Below, piece by piece: positions 11,303 to 21,181 of a DNA stretch of 64,000 nt. The notes under the pieces are model-generated. The model saw only the letters and a program-made list of their open reading frames with translations. It was not told the origin of the DNA and searched no databases. The number at the start of each line of letters is the position of its first letter. Position 1 is the first letter of the stretch. Origin of the DNA: Alphaproteobacteria bacterium (lineage in GTDB: Bacteria > Pseudomonadota > Alphaproteobacteria > Micavibrionales > Micavibrionaceae); contig JAGNLJ010000007.1 in assembly GCA_017999645.1 (NCBI GenBank), positions 207-64,206 on the forward strand, read 5' to 3'. The translations under genes were made by a program, and so were the position numbers.

Positions 11303-11324
11303 CTCTAATACTATAGTATTAGAG
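11303..11324. repeat. Perfect 22-bp palindrome in an AT-rich intergenic island
   Basis: CTCTAATACTA|TAGTATTAGAG read directly. It is flanked by repeated GTATTA and AATAATT/AATTATT words. The region 11215-11415 is far more AT-rich than the rest of the window. Confidence 0.9.
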
Positions 11325-11523
11325 TAGTATAAATTATTAATTATTTGGTATTATGGAATTTTTATTCAATAATTATTTTAACAAATGAGCTATAAAAAAT
11401 ATTTTACTATGCCGACTACAGTAGAAAAACGGGCCATGACTTTATTCGCTTTAAGGCCACGCCAGCCTTGTTTTCAGCAGGCCGGATCGCCATTATAACC
11501 GCCTGAAATAAGGAAAAGACGCC

Positions 11524-13080
11524 ATGAACCAGCCTGCCGCCACCGTACCCGCCATGAAGGACATCGTTGCCCTGTGCAAGCGCCGTGGCTTTATTTTCGC
11601 AGCGTCTGACATCTATGGCGGCATCAACGGCTTCTGGGATTACGGCCCCCTTGGCGTCGAACTGAAGAACAATCTGCGGGACCTCTGGTGGAAGTCGATG
11701 GTGACCTGCCCGCCGATCGGCCCGGACGGTGCGCCCGTTGAAATCGTCGGACTTGATTCCTCGATCATCCAGAACCCGAAAGCATGGGAGGCCTCCGGCC
11801 ATGTCGGCGGCTTCTCCGACCCGATGGTGGACGACAAGGAAACCAAGCTCCGTTACCGCGCAGACCATTTGTATGTGCTGGTACCGAAAGACGGCAAGGG
11901 CAAATGGCTGGCCTTGCATCAGGATGCCGAAGCCGAAGACGTGGCGAAACGTATCAAGAAAGAAGGCGGTGGGAAATCATCAAGCGATCAGTACGAAAAA
12001 AAACAATTCACCTCGATTGATAAAAACGATTACGCGAATATTTTGGGGCCTGATGCCAAAACACCCGGCACGCTGACGGAACCGAAACAATTCAATCTCA
12101 TGTTCCACACATTCGTCGGCGCGACGGCGGGGGATGAAAACAAGGCTTACCTGCGCCCCGAAACCGCGCAGGGCATTTTCCTGAATTTCAAAAATGTGCT
12201 GGATTCATCGCGCGTTCGCGTGCCATTCGGTATCGCGCAGATCGGTAAAGCCTTCAGAAACGAAGTCACGCCGCGTAATTTTATCTTCCGCTCCCGTGAA
12301 TTTGAACAGATGGAAATGGAATGGTTCTGTCATCCGAAAGAAGCCAAGATGTGGCGCGATTTCTGGTTCACGGAGCGTCAGAAATTCTGGCGCAGCATTG
12401 GCCTGTCGAGTGAAAACATCCAGATGCGCGACCACGACAAGGACGAACTCTCGCACTACGCGAAAGAAGGCTACGGTACGGCGGATATTGAATACCGATT
12501 CCCCTTCACCGCGCCGGGTTATGGCGAACTTGAGGGCATTGCGCACCGCTGCGATTTCGACCTGACGCAGCATCAGAAAGTCTCCGGCACAAAGCTGGAA
12601 TATATGGACCCGGTGACGAACGAGAAATTCATGCCGCATGTCATCGAGCCCGCAGCGGGCCTGTCGCGCGGCGTTCTCGCTCTGATCTGCGAGGCTTACA
12701 CGATCGATGCATCGCGCCCCTCGGGTGTATACTTAAATTTCCACCCGTCTGTTGCCCCGATCAAGGCCGCCATCCTGCCGCTCACGGCGAAAGAAGATCA
12801 CGTGCCGATTGCGACGAAATTGTATCTGGAGCTGCGCGAGGAATTTACTGTCGAGCTTGATGTGAAACAGAATATCGGCAAGCGTTACGCCCGCCAGGAT
12901 GAAATCGGCACACCGTACTGCTTCACCATCGACAACGACACGATTACCGACAAAACCGTGACCGTGCGCGACCGCAACAGCATGGCGCAGGAGCGCATTC
13001 ATATCGACAAGGTCGCCGAGTACCTGCGCGAGAAAATGAAGCCCTCGGCGCAAAAAGCAAAGCTTAAGGCCGTTGGCTAG
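11524..13080 (+). CDS. glyQS: Glycine--tRNA ligase, homodimeric (alpha2) type
   Basis: IVALCKRRGFIFAASDIYGGINGFWDYGPLGVELKNNL, class II motifs (FRNEVTPRNFIFRSREFEQMEMEWF) and a C-terminal anticodon-binding domain. Confidence 0.9.
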   Translation: MNQPAATVPAMKDIVALCKRRGFIFAASDIYGGINGFWDYGPLGVELKNNLRDLWWKSMVTCPPIGPDGAPVEIVGLDSSIIQNPKAWEASGHVGGFSDPMVDDKETKLRYRADHLYVLVPKDGKGKWLALHQDAEAEDVAKRIKKEGGGKSSSDQYEKKQFTSIDKNDYANILGPDAKTPGTLTEPKQFNLMFHTFVGATAGDENKAYLRPETAQGIFLNFKNVLDSSRVRVPFGIAQIGKAFRNEVTPRNFIFRSREFEQMEMEWFCHPKEAKMWRDFWFTERQKFWRSIGLSSENIQMRDHDKDELSHYAKEGYGTADIEYRFPFTAPGYGELEGIAHRCDFDLTQHQKVSGTKLEYMDPVTNEKFMPHVIEPAAGLSRGVLALICEAYTIDASRPSGVYLNFHPSVAPIKAAILPLTAKEDHVPIATKLYLELREEFTVELDVKQNIGKRYARQDEIGTPYCFTIDNDTITDKTVTVRDRNSMAQERIHIDKVAEYLREKMKPSAQKAKLKAVG

Positions 13081-14014
13081 GATCCTCATTTTTATCGTGT
13101 TTCTGACCGCGCTTGTAAGCCCTGCGCGGGCCGAGGAAGCCATTTCAGCCTATAAGCCCGGCACGGTCGGCTATCTCTATGATAATTGCCGCCTCGCGCT
13201 TGAAGGCGCCACAAAATATACCGAATTACAGGAAACCTATTGCGGCGCGTTTTCCGAAGGCTATTTCTGGGGCGCATCGGCATCGAACTGGATCCTTCCG
13301 ATGACTGTGGAAGAAGGCCCCTGCGCCGAGGATAAAAAGCGTGAGTGGGAGCGCGTCAATAACCGCTTCTGCGGTAATTTTCCCAAGCTCGATGACAAAA
13401 CAACAACCGGGGACGCACTGAAAAGTGCGACGGATATCGTCACGCGCTGGATTTCATTTGAAAAGCAAATGAGCGACAGCGACCCACTTAAGCGCGGCAC
13501 GCTGCGCGAAGTGAACGGGTTAGTGCAGCCGGGGCCTTTCTGTGACTCCCTTTCAAAAACTTACGTGGTGCAGGAATCACCTTTCGCGATCAACCCGCCG
13601 CTGATGAAAATGAATTTGCGTGATTTCATGAAGGCCAAATCGAACATGACGATGAAGGCGAAATACGAGCGTTGCCAGCGGGACGTGGAATATGCGGCGG
13701 GTGATCCCGCGAAATTCCTCTCGACCAAGTGCGGCGCAGAAATTTCCGGCTATATTTCTGGCGTGCATTCAACGCAGCATCTACAGAAAAACCGCGCGGA
13801 ACTGACTGAGGAGTGCCGTAAGCCTATCGACCGCCTCTACAAAAATCTCGACGTCACCCAAAGCATGTGCGTGAGTTACGACACGAACCCGCTCTGGGTC
13901 GCTGAACTGTTTATTAAAAAGTTCCCTGAATTCAAAAATATCGAGAAAGAGCAGGGCGGAATCGGCGGGTTGATTATCTGGAAAGGCTTTCTCTGCGCGG
14001 AAAAAGCCGACTAA
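13073..14014 (+). CDS. Secreted Cys-rich protein with an internal duplication (possible tandem Rap1a/Tai4-like domains)
   Basis: TTG start and signal peptide ARILIFIVFLTALVSPARA. The motif C-x17-20-CGA-xxx-GY-xx-G occurs twice (YCGAFSEGYFWG and KCGAEISGYISG). Confidence 0.6.
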   Translation: MARILIFIVFLTALVSPARAEEAISAYKPGTVGYLYDNCRLALEGATKYTELQETYCGAFSEGYFWGASASNWILPMTVEEGPCAEDKKREWERVNNRFCGNFPKLDDKTTTGDALKSATDIVTRWISFEKQMSDSDPLKRGTLREVNGLVQPGPFCDSLSKTYVVQESPFAINPPLMKMNLRDFMKAKSNMTMKAKYERCQRDVEYAAGDPAKFLSTKCGAEISGYISGVHSTQHLQKNRAELTEECRKPIDRLYKNLDVTQSMCVSYDTNPLWVAELFIKKFPEFKNIEKEQGGIGGLIIWKGFLCAEKAD

Positions 14015-14736
14015 TCTATAGCCTCGCCGCCGCGTAATATTTTATCTGCTGCTTCCGTATAGCTGCCGTCCATATTATGAAGAACTAACCCTGCATGAAT
14101 TTTTGCAGGCGTCTTGCGGTTTTTTAATGCGCGGATAATAACGCGCTTCGCCGTTTCGCCCGTGCGCGGCCACAGCGGAATAATCTCTATCGCGCCGAAT
14201 TTTTTTTCGAAGGATTGAATAATTTTATCCGTATGATCTGCGCGGTGAATAATTGTGAAGCTGCCGCCGTTTTTTAAGTTACGAAAACCGGCATCGACCC
14301 AGTCCTTCACGGATATATCTTCATCCGCATGGTAAAGCGCGGTTGCCTTCGGCGTGGAAGGCGAGGGCGTATGCGTTCCCGCGTCGAGATAAGGAGGGTT
14401 GCAAATTACATGATTAAATTCTTTTACAGTGAACGAGCGGATATCGCCGGCGAAGAACTTGGCGCGTTCTTTCATATTGTTGAGGGCAATGTTCTGGACG
14501 GCAAGATCAATATGATCCGCCTGGATGTCCACACCGGTGAGGCAAGTCCCCGGTACGCGCGCCAGCACGCAATACCCCGCGCCGCCCACACCGCAGCCAA
14601 GATCAAGCAGCGTCTCGCCTCTTTGCGCCGGGCAGGCGGCAGCCAGCATCACGGAATCGAGTGAAGTGCGGAATCCATCGGCGGGCTGCAATAGCCGCAC
14701 CCGGTGGTCCAGAACGTGAATTTCTTCAGAATTCAT
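14011..14736 (-). CDS. N6-adenine-type SAM methyltransferase (TrmN6/YfiC-like)
   Basis: SAM motif LLDLGCGVGGAG and catalytic NPPY (VICNPPYLD). Confidence 0.75.
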   Translation of the reverse strand: MNSEEIHVLDHRVRLLQPADGFRTSLDSVMLAAACPAQRGETLLDLGCGVGGAGYCVLARVPGTCLTGVDIQADHIDLAVQNIALNNMKERAKFFAGDIRSFTVKEFNHVICNPPYLDAGTHTPSPSTPKATALYHADEDISVKDWVDAGFRNLKNGGSFTIIHRADHTDKIIQSFEKKFGAIEIIPLWPRTGETAKRVIIRALKNRKTPAKIHAGLVLHNMDGSYTEAADKILRGGEAID

Positions 14737-14778
14737 ATCCCTTTAGAAAGGCCATAAACGGCCCGGGGTCAAGACAGT

Positions 14779-15702
14779 TTAGTCGTTCAGGCGGAAGGAA
14801 CTGGCCTTGCCAAAAGGCGAGTCCAGCTGGCTCAGCAGCATGATTTCGACGGGGTTAGTGGCGAGCTTCTGCGCGGCGAGGGACGCATAACCGCCATTCG
14901 GCGGTGTCGGCATATTCGCATAGAAGGCCTCGTCATAAAGGCTGCCCGTGCGGTTGACGCCGCCGATGAAAACATCGCTTGCGATGGCTTGTTGCGCCTC
15001 GGCAATCTGAACAGGTTTTTGCGGCGGCACTGGCGGCAGTTCAAAACCGGGAACGCCGGTTTCCTTCAGGTCGAACTTTTTATCGAAGAAGGCATAGACC
15101 TCGTCCATGCTTTTCGCGCGGCCCGTGGCGCGGTCGTAGAAAACATTGCGATTGGCTTTCGCGGCGGCGGGGAAAAGATAGGCCGCCTTCTGCAGGGGAT
15201 TTTCATCGCGCTCTTTGAGGAAAGCGGAAGCCTGCCCGGCGCCGAGAAAATGAGCGAAATAAAGCTCGGTCGAGCCGACGTCGCCGCCCCAGTGCGAATT
15301 CAGAAATTGTTCATTCTCGCGGGCAAATTCTGCCGCCATCGCCGAGGCTTTTTCAGGGTCGTTACGGAGGGCAAGGATTTCTTTCCTGGCGGCGCGGTTC
15401 GCGACCTTGCCGTTATCGCTGATTTTATCGGCCAGCGCGCCCATGCCGTGTTTGTCGCCGTGCTTTTTCACCATGTTCAGCCAGGTGCTTTCGATGAACT
15501 GGTAAAGGCCCGAGGCCGAGCTGGTCTTGGCCTTGATCTTGGGATTGAAGCTGCTTTCCGCGCCTGCCTGCTGCACCAGATAGGCAAAATTAACCCCTGT
15601 CCGGGCGCTGGCCTGTTTAATGGCGTTGACGACCTTGCCGGGCACCGGGGCCAGCATGGAGGCTAAAGCGTTGTTTTGTATTGAATTTGTGCCGTTATCC
15701 AT
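14779..15702 (-). CDS. Lytic transglycosylase (SLT) domain protein
   Basis: AESSFNP...ASGLYQF is the SLT catalytic signature. The start was set at MDNGTN (15702); the upstream 64 Arg/Pro/Trp-rich codons look non-coding. Confidence 0.75.
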   Translation of the reverse strand: MDNGTNSIQNNALASMLAPVPGKVVNAIKQASARTGVNFAYLVQQAGAESSFNPKIKAKTSSASGLYQFIESTWLNMVKKHGDKHGMGALADKISDNGKVANRAARKEILALRNDPEKASAMAAEFARENEQFLNSHWGGDVGSTELYFAHFLGAGQASAFLKERDENPLQKAAYLFPAAAKANRNVFYDRATGRAKSMDEVYAFFDKKFDLKETGVPGFELPPVPPQKPVQIAEAQQAIASDVFIGGVNRTGSLYDEAFYANMPTPPNGGYASLAAQKLATNPVEIMLLSQLDSPFGKASSFRLND

Positions 15703-15776
15703 GAATAATAACTCTGTGTTTAAGAAACGCCTGCAGGGATATTTGCAACCCCTGTGCCAGCCGAAAGGTCCGCCCC

Positions 15777-17423
15777 ATGAGTGATTACCAGCCCCCCGTT
15801 CAGGACATGAAATTCCTCCTGACCCGCGTGCTCGGCTTCCAGAGCGAGAGCGTCGACGAGGCCACCATGGAAGCCATTTTCGACGAGGCGGCAAAGCTGG
15901 CCTCGGACGTGCTGGCGCCTATCAATCAGGCAGGGGACAAAACCAGCGCGAAACTGAAGGACGGGGAGGTTACGACCTCGCCGGGCTTCAAGGTCGCGTA
16001 CAAGCAATATTGCGAGGGCGGCTGGAACGCCGTGCCGTTCGACCCGGAATTCGGCGGGCAGGGGCTGCCCTATGCTGTGGCCTTTCCGGTTCAGGAAATG
16101 TGGCAGGGCGCCAACATGGCGTTCGGTCTATGCCCGCTGCTGAACCAGGGCGCGGTCGAAGCGATCAATCACCACGGCTCGGAGGAGCAGAAGAAATTCT
16201 ATCTGCCGAAAATGATTTCCGGCGAATGGACCGGCACGATGAACCTGACCGAACCGCAGGCTGGATCCGATCTTGGGTTGATCAGGACGAAGGCAGAAAA
16301 ACAGGGCGACGGTACTTACAAAATTTCCGGGCAGAAGATTTTCATTACGTACGGCGAACACGATTACACCGACAATATTATTCACCTTGTTCTCGCGCGC
16401 GCGACGAATGCGCCGGAGGATGTTAAGGGCATATCCCTGTTTATCGTGCCGAAATTTCTGAAAGACGGCAGCCGTAACACCGTTCAATGCATAGGGCTTG
16501 AGCATAAGCTCGGCATTCATGGCTCGCCCACCGCGACCATGGATTTCGCAGGCGCGACGGGTTATCTCGTCGGCAAGGAAAATGAAGGCCTGAAATATAT
16601 GTTCACCATGATGAACAATGCGCGGCTTTCGGTCGGATTGCAGGGCGTTGCGATTGCCGAGCGGGCCTATCAGCGCGCACTGGCTTATGCGAACGACCGT
16701 GTGCAGGGCAAATCATTCACGACCGGCGAGCGCGTTGCCATTTCGGCGCATGCGGATATGAAGCGCATGTTACTCACCATGAAATCGCAGATCGAGGCGG
16801 GCAGGGCACTTGTGTATGAGGCTGCTATCGCGCTTGATAACAAGGATCAGGCAAAGGTCGAATTGCTGACACCTATTGTTAAATCATGGTGCACGGACAT
16901 GGCCTGCGAGGTCACGTCGCTCGGCGTGCAGGTGCATGGCGGTATGGGATTTATCGAGGAAACCGGCGCGGCCCAATATTACCGTGATGCGCGCATTCTG
17001 CCGATTTACGAAGGCACAAATGGTATTCAGGCAGCCGATCTCGCTTTCCGCAAGATCCTGCGTGATGGCGGCGCGGCGGCCAAAAATTATATCGGTAATA
17101 TGCAGAAGCAAATCCCGGTGAACCGTAAAGATGCTTTTGCGCCGCCCATACAGACCTTGCTGAAAGCCACGGATTTCATCGTCAAGGCCGGTAGCGAGAA
17201 GAAAATGGATCTGGTAGCTGCGGCATCCGCACCCTATCTGAAAGCATTCGGCATTATCGCCGGAGGTGCATTGCTCACGCGCGTTGCGGAACAGGCGGGC
17301 GGAGAATCTGACAAGAATTTCGCGGTGCAAAAAGAAAAGATATCATCATTCTACGCATCGAATATCCTGCCGCTGGCGGAGGGAAATCTCCGTGCCGCCA
17401 CCGAAGGCTCTTCCAATATTTGA
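15777..17423 (+). CDS. Long-type acyl-CoA dehydrogenase
   Basis: 548 aa with ACAD motifs (GTMNLTEPQAGSDLG, FITYGEHD, IYEGTNGIQ) and an extra C-terminal domain. Confidence 0.88.
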   Translation: MSDYQPPVQDMKFLLTRVLGFQSESVDEATMEAIFDEAAKLASDVLAPINQAGDKTSAKLKDGEVTTSPGFKVAYKQYCEGGWNAVPFDPEFGGQGLPYAVAFPVQEMWQGANMAFGLCPLLNQGAVEAINHHGSEEQKKFYLPKMISGEWTGTMNLTEPQAGSDLGLIRTKAEKQGDGTYKISGQKIFITYGEHDYTDNIIHLVLARATNAPEDVKGISLFIVPKFLKDGSRNTVQCIGLEHKLGIHGSPTATMDFAGATGYLVGKENEGLKYMFTMMNNARLSVGLQGVAIAERAYQRALAYANDRVQGKSFTTGERVAISAHADMKRMLLTMKSQIEAGRALVYEAAIALDNKDQAKVELLTPIVKSWCTDMACEVTSLGVQVHGGMGFIEETGAAQYYRDARILPIYEGTNGIQAADLAFRKILRDGGAAAKNYIGNMQKQIPVNRKDAFAPPIQTLLKATDFIVKAGSEKKMDLVAAASAPYLKAFGIIAGGALLTRVAEQAGGESDKNFAVQKEKISSFYASNILPLAEGNLRAATEGSSNI

Positions 17424-18023
17424 TTAGTTTTTCCTGGCACCGTTGGGAAAAAGTCTTGCCGCCATATCAGGGTTTTTGCAGGTGAGGTAAGCCTGCGCCT
17501 GGAAGTGCGTAAAGACGCGCGCGCCCGGCCCGTCGTAACTGTTCTTCTCATAGAGCTTGGCAAAAGTATTGGCGTAGCAGGCGCAATATTCTTCAAGCGG
17601 AATATTATATGGCATCATCGCGCCGTTATTCACGCATTGTTCGTACTCGTAACCTGCGGCACGCGAAGCGTCGGCGCACTCGCCCCTGATATCAAGGATG
17701 ATAGACGTTTGCTCTGCTTCGGGGCCTAGCTTAATTCTTTGGTCCAGAAATTTTGAGCCCAGACATTTGCAATTGTAATAGAGGTACAAGGACGCATCAC
17801 CTTCGCACAGCGCATAATATTTCTGCGCTTCCACGATATATTCCTCGGGAAGATCCGCGTAAGGATCAAGGGCCGGAGTGGGATTCTGCGCCGGGGCGTT
17901 CTTGAGAGTTTCCTGCAGGATTTGTTTGTCGGACGGCGCGCCGTCCTGCGCCCACGCTGACAAAGAAGCGGTAAGGCACAGAAAAAGGCAGAGAAATGCA
18001 CAGCGGAAAACCCTGAGGTTCAT
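17424..18023 (-). CDS. Secreted Cys-rich hypothetical protein
   Basis: Signal peptide MNLRVFRCAFLCLFLCLTASLSAWA and 10 Cys in the mature part. Confidence 0.6.
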   Translation of the reverse strand: MNLRVFRCAFLCLFLCLTASLSAWAQDGAPSDKQILQETLKNAPAQNPTPALDPYADLPEEYIVEAQKYYALCEGDASLYLYYNCKCLGSKFLDQRIKLGPEAEQTSIILDIRGECADASRAAGYEYEQCVNNGAMMPYNIPLEEYCACYANTFAKLYEKNSYDGPGARVFTHFQAQAYLTCKNPDMAARLFPNGARKN

Positions 18024-18059
18024 GCCCCTATTATAGCATTTCGCGGTACGAAGTGGGAA

Positions 18060-18638
18060 TTATGAACCGGTGCCTTTAACGCGTTTCCACAGGCCTTTGA
18101 AGTTGAAGTTTTCCTCTTCGGCCTGGGCCTGGGCGTTTTCATTGCCGGGCTTCATTTTCTTGACGGTCTTTTCAGACTGCTTTTCCATCTGTTCGCGGCG
18201 GGCACGGGCACGGGCCTCGCGCTCTTTCAGTTCGGCGCGGAGTTCTTCGGCCTGTTTCTGGCTGAACTGACTGGTGATCAGAACCTGGCTTGCCTGCTTT
18301 TGCCACAAGTCGCGCTGGTCTTTCAGGTCTGCGATCTGGTTGTTGGCCATATCAAGCTGGTCTTCCAGCATCTTGATGCGCATTTTGAGGCGCTCGGTCT
18401 CTAACATGGCGGAGGCTTTTTCCAGTTCCTGTTCGACGCCTGCACCGGCATCGAAACCGTTGCTGCTGCTGCCAGCCTGACGGAGGCCAAGGGCGCGGTC
18501 GAGTTCGGAAACGTCAATGACACGGCGGCCATTGGGATCGACTTCATAAGAAAGCTTGCCGTTATTCATGGCACGCTGGATGGTGGATTTTGACCTGCCG
18601 GTGAGCTCAGCCGCTCTTTGTGCGCCTACTTTAGCCAT
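18060..18638 (-). CDS. HTH DNA-binding protein with a long coiled-coil tail
   Basis: The N-terminal AAELTGRSKSTIQRAMNNGKLSY is HTH-like. The C-terminal 120 aa are heptad-like and Glu/Lys/Gln-rich. Confidence 0.6.
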   Translation of the reverse strand: MAKVGAQRAAELTGRSKSTIQRAMNNGKLSYEVDPNGRRVIDVSELDRALGLRQAGSSSNGFDAGAGVEQELEKASAMLETERLKMRIKMLEDQLDMANNQIADLKDQRDLWQKQASQVLITSQFSQKQAEELRAELKEREARARARREQMEKQSEKTVKKMKPGNENAQAQAEEENFNFKGLWKRVKGTGS

Positions 18639-18769
18639 TGTTTCGAATCCCTTTTCTGCTGCGGAAGCGATAGCGTTACCACGAGTAACCGTCCTGAATC
18701 AAGAATCTATTACATAAAACAAAAAACCCTTTTGAAATAAGGGCTTTTTGCCACGACGAAACGCCCGGT

Positions 18770-19579
18770 TTAGGCCGCTTCTTTCGTCAGACGCTGATTC
18801 AGCAAATATGTTAGGCGTTGCCACTGCGCGCCGGAGAACAGGTGTGCGTAAATAAACGGCAGCCAGCCCTTGGTGCGCCACTCGAGGAACGTCTTGTCAT
18901 CGAGATCGGCAAGTTTCTGTTCGTCAACGATCCGGAAACCTGAGAAATTGATGCGGCGGTTGCCGGTGACATTGATTTGTGCCTCGCGCTGAACCAGCAG
19001 GCCGCTCTTCGCGATTGCTTTACTGAATTCCTGCGTCTGCTGCGCGGCAGCGTGATACGACTTGCAGAATTCCAGCGCGTTCTGCGCGAGCTGGCTCGGC
19101 TTTCCATCAGGATTGAAAAACGGCTGGGCGTCGCTTTTTTCAACGACGTCGTCACTCATGTCGACACACAGCGAAAGCTGATCTTTCGTCGGCATTTCCG
19201 AGAAAATAAACGGATAGCGGCGGATGTAAGCGGGGATGTATGTGGCATCTTCCCAGCGACCGCTTTTCTTGTCGAAGAACAGGTTTTCATTGTCGCGGAG
19301 GCCAAGGATCGCAACAGGTGTTGCATTCTCATCAGGGCCGAAAGCGATTGGGTAAAAATGGCAGATTTGCGGCATTTCGATCAGGTTGACCGGCACGGCA
19401 TTAACGTTTTCGGTGAAATTGAAACCGAAATTCTTGCGTAGGGAAAGATTGGCATGGGCCTTGGCATCCAGGGGCGTCGGCTTCGTGTAAAAGAGAGGAA
19501 GCACGCCTTTGGCGGCTCCGGCATCCTTGCCGTTTTCTTTGCTCTTTTTGTTGTCCGGTGCCTTGTCTTTCTTGGCCAT
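18770..19579 (-). CDS. SapC-family protein (tentative)
   Basis: PLFYTKPTPLDAKAHANLSLRKNFGFNFTENVNAVPVNLIEMPQICHFYPIAF resembles the SapC N-terminal pattern, from memory. Confidence 0.55.
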   Translation of the reverse strand: MAKKDKAPDNKKSKENGKDAGAAKGVLPLFYTKPTPLDAKAHANLSLRKNFGFNFTENVNAVPVNLIEMPQICHFYPIAFGPDENATPVAILGLRDNENLFFDKKSGRWEDATYIPAYIRRYPFIFSEMPTKDQLSLCVDMSDDVVEKSDAQPFFNPDGKPSQLAQNALEFCKSYHAAAQQTQEFSKAIAKSGLLVQREAQINVTGNRRINFSGFRIVDEQKLADLDDKTFLEWRTKGWLPFIYAHLFSGAQWQRLTYLLNQRLTKEAA

Positions 19580-19790
19580 CTGGGAAAATCCTTGGTTGTG
19601 TTCGTTTCGATCAGGGATATTAAGCGAAAGCCCCCTGGAAAGGCAATGGAATTTGGACCCTTTATAAACCCCGGAAAGACGAAAAAACGTTGATTTCAGG
19701 CCTTTTTGGCAGGGAAAGGGTCAGAAAATCCTTCCGCGCGGGTTAAAAATCGTCTAGTTTTTGCCAGTTCTTAAAAAACGGGGCCTTGAG

Positions 19791-21137
19791 ATGCGCATAG
19801 GAATGGTCGGAACGGGATATGTGGGGCTTGTCTCCGGAACCTGCTTTGCCGAATTCGGCATCGACGTCACCTGCATCGACCGCGACAAGAACAAGATCGC
19901 CCGCCTGAAAAAAGGCGAAATCCCGATTTACGAACCAGGCCTCGACGACCTCGTCGCCAAGCAGGTGAAAGCGGGCAGGCTCTCCTTCACCACCGATCTC
20001 GCAAGCGCCGTCAAAGACGCAGACGCAGTATTCATCGCCGTGGGTACGCCTTCGCGTCGCGACGATGGACATGCCGACATGTCGTATGTGTACGAGGCCG
20101 CGAAAGAAATTGCGCTCGCGCTTGAGGGTTACACATTAATCGTTACCAAATCGACGGTGCCTGTCGGCACGGCGCGCGAAGTTGAAAAAATCATTCGTGC
20201 GAATAATCCGAAAGCGGAATTCGATGTCTGCTCGAACCCGGAATTTTTGCGCGAGGGCGCCGCGATCAATGACTTCATGCGCCCGGACCGCGTTGTAATC
20301 GGCACGGATTCAACGCGCGCCGCCGATATGATGCGCGAGCTGTATCGCCCGCTTTACATCAACGAAACGCCGATGGTGGTGACGACGCCTGAGACTGCGG
20401 AGATTATCAAATACGCAGCGAACGCGTTCTTAGCTACCAAGATCACTTTCATCAATGAAATCGCGAATTTGTGCGAAAAAACCGGCGCAAACGTTCAGGA
20501 AGTTGCAAAAGGCATCGGTCTTGATGGACGCATCGGTAAGAAATTTCTGCACGCAGGACCCGGTTACGGTGGCTCTTGCTTTCCCAAGGACACGCTGGCT
20601 CTGACGCAGATTGGCCAGAAATACGGCGCGCCACAGAATATTGTTGAGACTGTGGTCTGGGTAAACGCTGAGCGTCAGCGCAGCATGGCACAGCGTGTAA
20701 TTGAATCCTGCGGCGGCAATATTGAGGGACAGAAAATCGCGGTACTGGGTGTTGCGTTCAAGCCGAACACAGATGACGTGCGCGATGCGCCGAGCCTTGT
20801 CATCATCCCGCTGCTGCAGGAAGAGGGCGCGAAAATTTCAGCCTATGACCCGGCAGCCATGGAGCATGCTGAATCGCATCTTGAAAATGTCGAATGGTGC
20901 AAGGATGCGTATGAAGCAGTCGAAGACGCTGATGCGCTTGTAATCCTGACCGAGTGGAATGAGTTCCGTGCTTTGGATCTTGATCGCATAGCGGGTATTA
21001 TGAAGACTAAACGTATTATTGATCTTCGTAACATTTACAAAGTCCGCGATATGAGGGAGTCAGGCTTCCATTATATCTCTGTGGGTCGTCCCGATGTCCT
21101 GCCACTGCCGGTTGTTGCTGTTAAAAAAATCGGCTAA
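19791..21137 (+). CDS. ugd: UDP-glucose 6-dehydrogenase
   Basis: MRIGMVGTGYVGLVSG Rossmann fold and the catalytic region GGSCFPKD. The ATG at 19791 is preferred over the TTG at 19761. Confidence 0.92.
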   Translation: MRIGMVGTGYVGLVSGTCFAEFGIDVTCIDRDKNKIARLKKGEIPIYEPGLDDLVAKQVKAGRLSFTTDLASAVKDADAVFIAVGTPSRRDDGHADMSYVYEAAKEIALALEGYTLIVTKSTVPVGTAREVEKIIRANNPKAEFDVCSNPEFLREGAAINDFMRPDRVVIGTDSTRAADMMRELYRPLYINETPMVVTTPETAEIIKYAANAFLATKITFINEIANLCEKTGANVQEVAKGIGLDGRIGKKFLHAGPGYGGSCFPKDTLALTQIGQKYGAPQNIVETVVWVNAERQRSMAQRVIESCGGNIEGQKIAVLGVAFKPNTDDVRDAPSLVIIPLLQEEGAKISAYDPAAMEHAESHLENVEWCKDAYEAVEDADALVILTEWNEFRALDLDRIAGIMKTKRIIDLRNIYKVRDMRESGFHYISVGRPDVLPLPVVAVKKIG

Positions 21138-21181
21138 TCTTTAGCCTTCTGCGTCCAATCGGACACTATCAAAGGCCCTCT

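Noticed and set aside
15703-15894. A 64-codon N-terminal extension of the SLT-domain ORF (MPPRRKWLPWWPRRRSRSG...).
   Set aside because: The composition looks non-coding, and the extension overlaps the divergent acyl-CoA dehydrogenase start region. The conserved protein begins at MDNGTN.
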